Origin: Rebecca billardiae RCC1528
Taxonomy: Eukaryota > Protista > Haptophyta
DNA length: 64,000 bases
Assembly (NCBI GenBank): GCA_965240325.2
Contig: OZ251230.1
Coordinates: forward strand, 2,762,667-2,826,666
Reading direction: 5' to 3'
Program-made: the position numbers and the translations under genes
The notes under the pieces: model-generated
The model's database searches: none
Told to the model about the DNA's origin: nothing
Seen by the model: the letters and a program-made list of their open reading frames with translations, nothing else
In this document: one piece after another, positions 35,188-44,887 of the stretch
How the letters are laid out: every line of letters starts with the position of its first letter
Numbering within the stretch: position 1 is the stretch's first letter

Positions 35188-35744
35188 CCGCCGACCGGCG
35201 CCGCGCCCGCGGTCGGCGCGGCGCGCAGCTCGTCGAGCGCGCGCGCGCCGCCCGGCCCGGCGGGCGGGGCGAAGCGCAGCGTGAGCGCGAGCTCGAGCGG
35301 CGCCGCCGCCTCGGCCCACTCGAGCCGCAGCGCCATCGCCCACTCCTCCGCCTCCGCCGCCGCCGCGTCGGCGCCGCCGCGCCTCGACGCGTCGCCAAAG
35401 CGCGCGGCCGCGCGGCCAACCTCCGTGCCGAGGAGCTCGTGCAGCCGGCGCTTGATCGCGCCGTGGCCGACGGCGGGCTCGCGCTCGGGCATGCTCAGCT
35501 GCCCCCAGTACGCGAACTGGCACACCAGCTCGTCCACGCGCCGCGGGTCGGCGAGCGCGTCGGCGACGGCCGCGGTGAACGCGCGCACATGGCGCGGCGG
35601 CGGCGAGGCGCACGCGGCGGGCGCGGCGCGCGGGCGCGCGGCGGCGCGCGCGCGGCCCACGCGCGCCGCGCCGCCGCCCGCCGCGAGCGCCGCGAGCGCC
35701 GCGAGCGCGAGCGCGCCGCGCATGTGGCGGGGCCGGCCGCCCAT
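33879..35744 (-). CDS. Sedoheptulose-7-phosphate cyclase (2-epi-5-epi-valiolone synthase-like, DHQS superfamily) with targeting leader and SnoaL-like N-terminal domain
   Basis: GGGVLTDMAGFA, PTTLLGMVDASVGIK, KNGVG, EMMK, PDLWE..RPMDFGHS, HGEAVAID and HRDGLLRAPLP. Confidence 0.88.
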
Positions 35745-35896
35745 CCTCGACGATGAGGATGGCTGGATGACGGCGCGGAATTACGGAGCGCAATCATTCG
35801 TGGCAGGAGCCCCGGACCGCGGGGGGCCGACGACGGCCGGACCGTCCATTGTCACCATCCACTCATCGCTGAGTGAGTGTCGTCAGTAGGGTCATG

Positions 35897-37279
35897 TCAG
35901 ATGACGCGCACGGCGCGCAGCGCGGCGCGCAGGTCGGCGAGGAGCTGCACGTCGTCGGCGCGGTACGGCGCGCCCGCGCCGCGCAGCGCGTCGCGCCCGC
36001 CCGCCCCGCGCGCCGAGCGCAGCACGTGCGCGAACGCGCGGCGCACGTCGGCGCGCGTGCCGCGCGCGGCGTCAAAGTGCGCGGGCACGATAGTCGAGAA
36101 GTCGCCGAGCGAGCCGCCGCCGATGGCGCGCACCCACTCGGCGAGCGCGTCGCGCACGGCGGGCGCGTCGTACACGAGCGCGGCGCACACCGGCCCGACG
36201 ATCCACCGCCCCGCCAGCGCGCCGAACGCCTCGCCCGGCGCCGCGAGCGCGGCGGGCGAGGGCCCAAAGTAGAGCGCCAGCAGCGCGCACCGCTGCCAGC
36301 CGAGCAAGAGCGCCGCGCGCGCGCTCGGCGGCGGCGGCGCGGCGGCGGCGGCGCGGAGCTGCGCGCGCGCGCCGCGCCAGTTGGCCGCCGCGGCGAGCGC
36401 GACGACCGGGTTGGTCGGCGCGCCGAGCGCGCGCAGGTTGGCGCGGTCGAGCACGGGCGGCGGGGCGGGCGGCACGCGCAGCAGCGCGTCGGTCACCAGC
36501 AGCGTGCGCGTGGCCGCGTGCACAAACGCGCCCTCCACGGCGGCGTAGCCGAGGCCGAGGCGCGCGCGCGGCGCGAGGATGGCGTAGGGCAGCTCGGCGC
36601 GCGCCCACGCCGGCGCGCCCGCCGCGCGGCGGTCCAGCGGCAGCGCCCGCGCGCGGCCCAGCCCGAGCGCCGCGTCGGGCAGGTCGAGCGGCCAGGCCCA
36701 CTGCTGCGGCACCGCCCACACGGCCGCGCGCGGGAAGCGGCGCGCAAACGGCGGGACGAAGACCTTGTGCTCGTACTGCGTCGAGCCGAGCACGATGTGC
36801 GCCACCTCGCCGCCCAGCCCGCGCAGCAGCGCCACGCACTCCGCCGTCGGCGCCACCGGGTTGAGCACCCACAGGCTGCCGTCGTCGAGCCGCGCCACCA
36901 CCATCCGCACGTTTGCCGAGATCGTCGCGCCCGCGCCGACGCCGAGGGACTGCTCCTGCTCGAAGGCCCACATGCGCCCGCGGTGGAGCTCGCGCACCGC
37001 CGTGCGCCGCTCGAGCAGCGGGCCCAGCGGGAACGGGAAGCCCGTCAGGTTGATGTACGCGCGCGACGCGCGCCGCCGCGCCGCCGCCGCCGCGTCGTCG
37101 TCCTCCTCCTCCTCGCGCGCGGGCGCGCGGCCGAGCGCGAGCGCGGCGCGGCCGTGCGCGGCGCGGCGCGCGACGGCGCGCGGCGGCAGCGCGGCGCGGC
37201 GCAGCGCCGCGGCGGGCGCCGCCGCCGCCGCCAGCAGCAGCAGCGGCAGCAGCGCGCCTCGGGCGGCGGCCCTCGCCAT
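35897..37279 (-). CDS. DUF4336 family protein (metallo-beta-lactamase-like fold), probably plastid-targeted
   Basis: PFPLGPLLERRT, WAFEQ, VRMVVARL, LWVLNPVAPT, EHKVFV, WAWPLDLP and TLLVTDAL. Signal-like leader. Confidence 0.85.
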   Translation of the reverse strand: MARAAARGALLPLLLLAAAAAPAAALRRAALPPRAVARRAAHGRAALALGRAPAREEEEDDDAAAAARRRASRAYINLTGFPFPLGPLLERRTAVRELHRGRMWAFEQEQSLGVGAGATISANVRMVVARLDDGSLWVLNPVAPTAECVALLRGLGGEVAHIVLGSTQYEHKVFVPPFARRFPRAAVWAVPQQWAWPLDLPDAALGLGRARALPLDRRAAGAPAWARAELPYAILAPRARLGLGYAAVEGAFVHAATRTLLVTDALLRVPPAPPPVLDRANLRALGAPTNPVVALAAAANWRGARAQLRAAAAAPPPPSARAALLLGWQRCALLALYFGPSPAALAAPGEAFGALAGRWIVGPVCAALVYDAPAVRDALAEWVRAIGGGSLGDFSTIVPAHFDAARGTRADVRRAFAHVLRSARGAGGRDALRGAGAPYRADDVQLLADLRAALRAVRVI

Positions 37280-37433
37280 CGTGCGCGGCGAGCGATGCTT
37301 CGCGCGGCTTCTGCCGCTCGCCGGTCCGGCTGCCACCGGCAGCCGTCTTTCTCGGTTGTCTTTCCGCTTGGGAGTCGGAGCGAATCTCCTGACGAAATCA
37401 GACGAACTTGACCAATCTCGCGTCCGACTCGCA

Positions 37434-37522
37434 ATGAGCGCCCCGACCAGCCGGCTCGCCGCCGCCGCCGCGGCGCGGCGCGCGGCGCCGGCGGCGGCGC
37501 GCAGGCTGACCGGCGCGCCGGG

Positions 37523-37553
<31 letters not shown>

Positions 37554-38114
37554 GCCGGCAGCGCCGGGCGGTACGCCGGCCCCGCGCTCGGCGCGATGGA
37601 CGAGCGGCAGAAGGCCATCTACGACGAGATTGCGCGCTCGAGGCCGCGCACGGGCGTGCGCGGGCCGTTCCGGCCGTGGCTGGCGAACCCGGCGCTCGCG
37701 GACGCGGCGCAGCAGCTCGGCCGCGTCTGCCGGTACGGCACCTCGCTGCCGCCCGCGCTCTCCGAGGTCGCCATCCTCACGTGCGCCGCGCACCACCGCT
37801 CGGACGTCGAGTGGCGCATCCACGAGGAGGAGGCGCGCGTCGTCGGCGTGCACGCGCCGGCGATCGGGCGGATCAAGGCGGGCGAGGCCGACCCGTTCAA
37901 CGACGCGGCCGACGGCTCCGACCGCGAGCTCGCCGGCGCCGTGCACGCCTTCGCCGCCGAGCTGCTGCGCGAGTCGCACGTGTCGGACGGCACGTACGCG
38001 CGCGCGGCCGCGCAGCTCGGCGACCGCGGCGTCGTCGAGCTGATCGCGATCGTGGGGTACTACTCGTTCGTCGCGTACACGCTGAACGCGCTCAAGCTGC
38101 GGGACGGCGGCTGA
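37434..38114 (+). CDS. Carboxymuconolactone decarboxylase / AhpD-like protein with mitochondrial-type leader
   Basis: GPFRPWLANP, LSEVAIL, EWRIH and GVVELIAIVGYY. Confidence 0.88.
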
Positions 38115-38526
38115 GCGGGCGCGCAGGTCGTCGCGAGCGCCTCACCGTGACCGCGCCTCCTGTCTCGCAGGTCAGCTCGCTCGGTCTGCTCACTGCTCGG
38201 ACGAGATTCGCGGCGGCACATGCGTTATTCTGCTAGTGCTGATGCGCGCGCTGATTTCATATGGCTGCCTAGCTAAACTACTGCGCTGCTGCCATCATCG
38301 TATCACTCGGACGGCGCGCGGCCGAGCAATCTGCGCCGGCGCGCGCACCGGGGCCGGTAGGCCGGGCCCGTCCGCGGTCACTCTGTACCAGGTCGTTCCC
38401 CCTGCACTGGGAATCCGCGGTTTCGCACTATTCAGAGCGCGAGGCCGCGGCATAGCAACGCAGATTTAGCGTTCATCCGCTTCCTCTATCAGACCACTTG
38501 AACGATCTAATCAAGGTTTCCAATTG

Positions 38527-38947
38527 AAAAGCTCGCCTTCCTCACACAGTAGACCGCGCTGCCGTGGTTTTGCTACGATGAGCCGGCAGTGAGACTGAAC
38601 TCAGACTCTCTGCCTGGGAGCCCGTCGTGAAGTTCGACGCGCACGGCCGCCTCGATCTGCTGCGCTTCAACGAGTACGACCGCGGTGACCTGCCGGGTGC
38701 TGGCGACTGGTACGACCGCATCTTCCTGCCCCACTGGCGTGCACTCGTCGAGTGCGTCAACCGGCCGGCGCACGTCGAACGCTTCCGCCTCCAGCCGGGT
38801 GAGGGCCTCATCGTGAGCAACCACCGCGTGATGCACGGGCGCACTGCCTTCTCCGGCGGGCGGCGCGAGATGATCGGCTGCTACATAGGACGCGACGACT
38901 TCGACAGCCGCTTGCGCTCGCTTGGATTGCTGCCAATGGGAGGATAG
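38527..38947 (+). pseudogene. 5'-truncated TauD-family dioxygenase (gamma-butyrobetaine/trimethyllysine hydroxylase-like) remnant
   Basis: RFNEYDR, LQPGEGLIVSNHRVMHGRTAF and REMIGCY. No start codon, an upstream in-frame TAG and an apparent 11-bp frameshifting insertion near 38597. Confidence 0.8.
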
Positions 38948-39899
38948 TCCTGTCAGAGTGATCTCAGTCAGAGCCTCGTCAGCAATCCGCGCGCGCGGCA
39001 GACGAGCCCCGGGGCTGGCCTCCGGTACCGGAGTCGGTCGATCTTGACAATGTTCCAATCGATCATCGACGGGACCGTGATGGCGACCGTCGATTGGGCA
39101 AACTCAGCGCGTGCTGGCTGCCGCACAGACAATAACTGACAATAAGCGCTGAGGACGGCCTTTGTTGGCGGCCGCAGCGACCGGCGGACGGGTGCTGGCC
39201 GTCATGCCCGCGCGCGCGCGCTCGGCGTGGCGCGTGCAGCGGGCGGGCGGCGGGCGCATGCGTGCGCGATGGATCGATGGCGCTGCGCTCGCGCCACTGC
39301 GCGGGGCTGCGTACGCGTGCCCGCGCGTGGCTTGCTCCCTTGCGGTTAGGGTGTGCATAGCCCTGCATGCGGCCGCGACCGCCGCGGCGCAGCGCTCGCC
39401 GCGCTGGGAGCAGGCGCGCGGGCGGGTGCGCGCCGGGCGCCGGGTGACGCGTCTTTGCTGCGGCGCGCGCCTCCCCGGCCCGTGCGCGACCGCGCGCGCC
39501 TGCCGTCGCGCGAGCGGGCGCGGGCGGAGCGGCGAAGGCGCCGCTCGCGCCCGGAGGCGATGCCGCCATCGCTCTTTCTACCGGGCTGGCGGCCGCTGAC
39601 AAAACGAATCCGTGTGGTCGTCCGGGCGAATTTCGTCTTTCCGCGGCCGAGGAGCAGCCAGCATGGCTGCCGAGGCGGCGGTTGGCACGTGCTTTCTGTG
39701 TTGGCGCTCACGGCACGCTCACGGCGGCGCGGCGGCGTGCGGCGCGAGCGCGTGCTCGCACAGCAGGCACGTCGCGCGCTGCACCGCTTTGCGAGACCGC
39801 CAGTGCCACCGCGCGCAAAGAGTGCCGCCGCTGAGCGCGCGGCCCGCAGCGGTGCGGCGGCTTCCGGCTCGCCGCCGCCGCGTGCCGGCGGCGAGCACG

Positions 39900-42800
39900 C
39901 AGGGCTCGGCGCGCGCGCGCCTTCTGGTGCCAGACGCGGTGGCATGCGGCTTGGAGGCATACGTCACACGGCCAGCCCCTGTGCCACCGCGCCAGCGTGA
40001 GACTCAGCGCCAGTGCTCGGTCCGGCCGGCCGGCAGCCCTGCCGCCCTCAGCGTGCAGTCGGACGGCCTCGGGGGATGGCGGGTTGGGCGGCGGACGAGC
40101 GACGACGGGCGCCTACTGGCGAGCCTTGGCCGCGTCATGCGCGCGTCGTCAAGCCAAGCAGCCATCGCCCGCGCCCGCGCCCACCGCCGCCATTTGTAGT
40201 AGTCGCAGTTGCCGCGCGCGGCAACTGCGCCGAGTGCTCCGACCGCACGGCAGCTGCAGGTCTGGCTGGCGAGGTGCGATGAACCGCTGCGCAGCACGCG
40301 GCGTTCGAGCCGAGCGCGAGGCGTGGGACCCCCCGGGCTACCCGCACGAGGGCGCACACGACGACCCCGAGCCAGCCTCGAGGGCTGCGGCTGCAGCGCC
40401 GAGGCCAGTGCGTCCGGAGCCCTGCCGGCGGCGCCGATCGCGCGCGATGCCAGGCGCGGCCGCGTCCAGTGCGGCTCGGCTGGGCTCGCCTGACCTCGGC
40501 GCAGCACGGGCGCCGCGGCCGAGGTCGAGGCGTGGCACCCCGCGACTATGCCCGCGCGGGCCCGCACGGGCTGCCCGTGCCCCAGGCTCGGGCTGTCGCG
40601 GCCGTACCGATGCTGGGCCTGGGGCAGCGCGCGCTGCCGTCGCGGGCTGTCCATCGCGCGCCCGCGCGGGCGCGACGGCAGCGCGTGGGGCGGTGCGAGC
40701 CAGCCGAGCGACCGCAGCGCGTGCTGCTCGGCGGCGCGTGGCGGGAGCGCGCCGCGGACGTGGCTGGCGCCGCGCACCAGCTCAGCTGCCCCCGCCCCCG
40801 CGCCCCCATCTTCCACCTCGTCCGAGCTGCCTCTAGTGCGCGCCATCACGGCAGCGAGCGGCCTACGCGCAGCTGCTGCATGCCGCTGGTCGCGCACGCG
40901 CCTCACGTCGAAGGCGCGGCCGCCCCTTGCAGGGACGCGTGCACGTGGCGATCGAGACGAGCACACCCGAGCGCGGTCAGCGCGGGTCGGCAGTGGCGAG
41001 CAGCAGAAGAGCAGTCTACATGTTGAACGGCCGCGCACGCCGCGGCCGAGCTCTGCGCGCAGACTTGGCGGCTGTTCACGCGTTGCTGACGGGCACCGCG
41101 CACTGTGCGGCGTCGTGCAAGCGACGGAAACGCGAGTGCATCCCCCCAGTACGCGCGCTCGACCGCTCGGCAGTGCACCCGCGCGGCCGCGCGCGGCCGG
41201 CTGCGTTTGCGTGGCAGCGCGGCCGAGCGAGGGGAGTGGCGGTGCGCTCGCGTCGCAGCGCACTGTCGCGATGGCAGCGCGTGGGACGTGGTGAGCTGGC
41301 CGAGGCGCTCCGGGCGCGTGCTTCGACGGCGCGTGGATCCTCTCGCGCACCACTGGGCCGCCGTGCGCGCGCACGCGACGCGCACGACAGCCGCCCTCTG
41401 GCGGACGGCCGGGAAGCGGCGCCGCCATGCTGGCTTCCGAGGCCAGTTGTCTTTTACCTCGCCTGGAATATCGGTGGTAAACTTTTTTTCGCGACGTCAA
41501 CGACGACCGTTGGTCGCGGCTGCGCGCGAATCAGCATGGCCTCTCCCCACGAGTCTGCATCCCGCGGCGCAAGATGGGCGCGAGCCCGCGTCGGACGAGG
41601 CGGTCGTGCGCCTGGAGGCGCGTACGTGGAGCGCCGTATCCGCCCCTGCGCCTCGCACGAGCCCAAGGTGCGTATCTGTCCCAGCCCAGTCTCACTCGCC
41701 ATCCGACCTGTCTCCGGCGAGCGGCGCGGGCCGTCCGATAGCCGCGCTGGGCGGTTTGGGGAGGCAGGCGGCGATGGCGGGCGTCTATCGACGAGCCTTG
41801 GCTGCTTTGTGCACACCGTCGAATCAGCAGCCATCGCCCGCGTCGCCGCCCACCGCCGCCATTTGTGGTCTCTGTCGCAGCGCGGCCTGCGAGTGTCCCG
41901 CGGACCACTCAGCAACTGCAGCCGAGAGGGGTGGCAATGCCACCTCTCTCTGCTAAACCTGCAGCTGGCTTGTGCCGTTGTGGCTGGCTAGGTGCTGTTG
42001 CGCTTCGCGTGGCGCAGCACGGCATGGCTGTGCGCGGGCAGTCGGGCCACTCGGACGGCCGAACTGGTGGGTGAACGGGCCACGCCCGCGAGGGCATCCC
42101 CGCGTGCAGCAAGGGCGGCCCAGTCAGGGCGGGATTGCAGCCGCGCCGAGCGGCGCGTCACGGCTGCCAATTGCGCGGCTCTTGCGCGGTGGGACGTGTG
42201 TGAGCCCCGCCGCGCACGCTCTTGCGGCGCCGAGGCTGCCGCTCCGCGCCCGAGCAGATCGCGCGGCGCGCGCGGCGGCGCCTGCCGGGTGCTGCTGCTC
42301 GGTGGCAGCTACCGCCGAGCGCTGCTGGCTGGGCCGCGCCGGAGAGGTGGGCCGCGCGGCCGGGCGCTGCGGATGTGGAGCGCCGCAGCCGTCTCAGCGC
42401 CTCGCACCGATCGATGCTGCCCCCGCCCCGGCCCCCCATCTTACCCTCCGTCAAGCCTGCGCCTGGTGGGCCGCGTAGTGAGCGCGGCAAGCATCAGGGC
42501 GCTCCTCATCGCGCGTGAGCGCCAGCTCATCTGCGCACGGCCGTCCCTAACTGCGGTGCGGCTGGGTGCGCGCGCGCCTCGCGTCGAAGGAGCGGGCTCG
42601 GCTTGCAGCGGCGGCCGAGACGAGCACTGTCGATGCACTGTCGAGCGCGACCATCGCGGCGGCGAGCAGCGGTTGTGGCTGGCGCAACGCACCGGCCCAG
42701 CCCGCCCCCGCCCCCCCCTTGCGCCCCCATCATCCATCTCGTCCGAGCTGCCTCTGGTGCGCGCCATCACGGCCGCGCTGCGCACGCTCGCACACGCGCC

Positions 42801-44300
42801 TCGCTTGGAGGGAGCGGCCGTCCCTTGCCGTGGTGCGTGGCGGTCGAGGCGAGCGCACACTCCGGCGCCCATGATCACCGCGGGTCGGCGGTGGCGAGCA
42901 GGAGTCGCGCAGCCTTCATTTTCAACAGCCGCGCGCGCGCCGCGGCCGAGCTCTGCGCGCAGACTTGGCAGCTGTTCACGCGTGGCTGGCGGGCACCACG
43001 CACTGCGCGGCGTCGTGCGTGCGAGTGGCGGAGACGCGAGTGCATCCCCCCAGCAAGCGCGCTCGGCCGCTCGGCCGTGCGCTCGCGCGGCCGCGCGCAG
43101 CCGGCAGCGTTTGCTTTCAGCGCGGGCCGAGCGAGCGGGCAGTGCGCTCGCGTCGGGGGCGCAGTCGCAAGGGCCACGGGTGGGGCGGTGCGAGCCGGAG
43201 GGGGTGCACCGAGCGCATGGTGCTCGGCGGCGCGTGCCCCCTCTCGCGCACCGCTGAGTCGCGCTGAGTCGGCGTGCGTGCGCGCCGGACAGCACGACGT
43301 CCGCCTTGAGCCCTTGAGTCTTGACCCCGCGAACGCCGAGGCGGAACGAGGGCCGCCATGCTTGCAAGTTGCAGAGGGCTGTTTTTTTTGGTGCGTGGGT
43401 CGCCGGGCGGTGCTTTTTTCCCTCGCGCTCCCGAATTCCGTCGCTTGTTCGCGAATCAGCATGGCAGCCCGAGTTCTCCGCGGGGTGGGTCTCGCTTTGC
43501 AGACGGGCGCAACGGCGGGAGGTGCCGGCGGGTCAGCAACGCGCGCACGCGCGTATGCGTGCTCCTCGTCCGCTACGCGCGCGTGCGCGCTCACTGCCTC
43601 GGCGCAGGCGTAGCTGCGCGCCGCGTGGCGGCTCGCGACCGCCGGGCGTCGCGGCTCGGGCCTGGCAGGCGGGGCTCGCGCCGACGAGCAGCAGCCTGCG
43701 CACTGCGGTTTCGCGCGGGGTGCGTGCTGCGCGCTTGGGCTGTCCTCTTGCCCGCGACTGCACGCACGCTCTGCGACGCGCATGCCGCTGCGCGGCGTGG
43801 CGGCTCTCCGAGGCTGCGTTGGGCGTCGGACGGCGGCGCGGCCGCGCGCCGGGGGCGACGCGCGCATGGCACCCCACTGCCGTCCGAGCGCCTCGCACCG
43901 TTTGAAGCTGGCCCCGCCCCGGCCCCCCATCTTCCACCTCGTCCAACCTGACCCCGGTGGGCGGCAACTGCTGAATGCAGCGCTGCTGCCGCGCACGCCG
44001 CGCCGCCGGACTTGTGCGCTGGCCCCCTGTGATGTGCCGGCTGCGGCCGCGCGTCGAAGCTCGCGCCGGCTCGAGTGCGTTCGAGTGCGTGCCCGGTGCG
44101 TGCGCCCGGTGCGGGCCCGGAGCGGCCAACGCGCCCACTCCGCGGCGCAACGCACCGCCGCGCACCCCAACGCATCGCCGCTGCTCTCGCGCGAGGCCGG
44201 GGTGGGGTGCGCCCGCTGCAGCGCCCAGCTGCCGAGCAGGGGCACGGGCTGAGGGCCGCGGCCGCGCGCCGCCGCTGTGCTCGCTCCGGCGGGCCACGAG
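39900..44300. repeat. Highly diverged tandem copies of a ~1.7-1.9-kb non-coding unit
   Basis: Shared anchors: GCAGCCATCGCCCGCG (~40158, ~41827), GAGCTCTGCGCGCAGACTTGGC (~41048, ~42948) and GCGAATCAGCATGGC (~41526, ~43451). Confidence 0.7.
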
Positions 44301-44480
44301 CGCCCGCTCCTGCGATCGAACCTCGCGCTTCGACCGGCCCGACCAATATTATTCTGAACGTACGATCAGCCGCCGCGTGCAGACCCGCGGACCGCGTGCG
44401 AGCGAGCGCCGGGCTAGGTTAGCGCGCCGCTCGTGCGCACAGGCGCCGGGAGGCGCAGCGCCGCGCGCCGCGCGCCGCGC

Positions 44481-44885
44481 GGCGGGTGGCAGTTACGGCA
44501 AGCAGGCCGCATAGGGACGGTCGCGCAGGGCCCGCTCTCGAGCAAGCGCTCGCTGGCCGTCGAGCATATGTGCTGGGGGGCTCCGAACCGCCGGGTAGAG
44601 GTGAGAGCGGCGCGTGCTTTGCTTGGCTCTGGTCACCTACCGGCCGCGCGCGCGCTCGGCAGGGCCGGCGGGTGGCAGCTAAAGCAAATAGGCCGCATAG
44701 GGACGGTCGCGCAGGGCCCGCTCTCGAGCGAGCGCTCGCTAGCCGTCGAGCATATGTGTTGGGCGGCTCCGAACCGCCGGGTAGAGGTGAGAGCGGCGCG
44801 TGCTTGGCTTGGCTCTGGTCACCTACCGGCCGCGCGCGCGCTCGGCGGGGTCGGCGAGTGACAGTTCAGGCAAACAGGCCGCGTA
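44481..44885. repeat. Two-plus copies of a ~186-bp repeat leading into the main satellite
   Basis: GGCGGGTGGCAG..GGCCGCATAGGGACGGTCGCGCAGGGCCCG at ~44481 and ~44667. Confidence 0.9.
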
Positions 44886-44887
44886 GA

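Noticed and set aside
33879-35744. Ordinary shikimate-pathway 3-dehydroquinate synthase (aroB)
   Set aside because: The P(N/D)LWE, DFGHS and HRDG motifs match sedoheptulose-7-phosphate cyclases rather than DHQS (LNxGHT, DKK).
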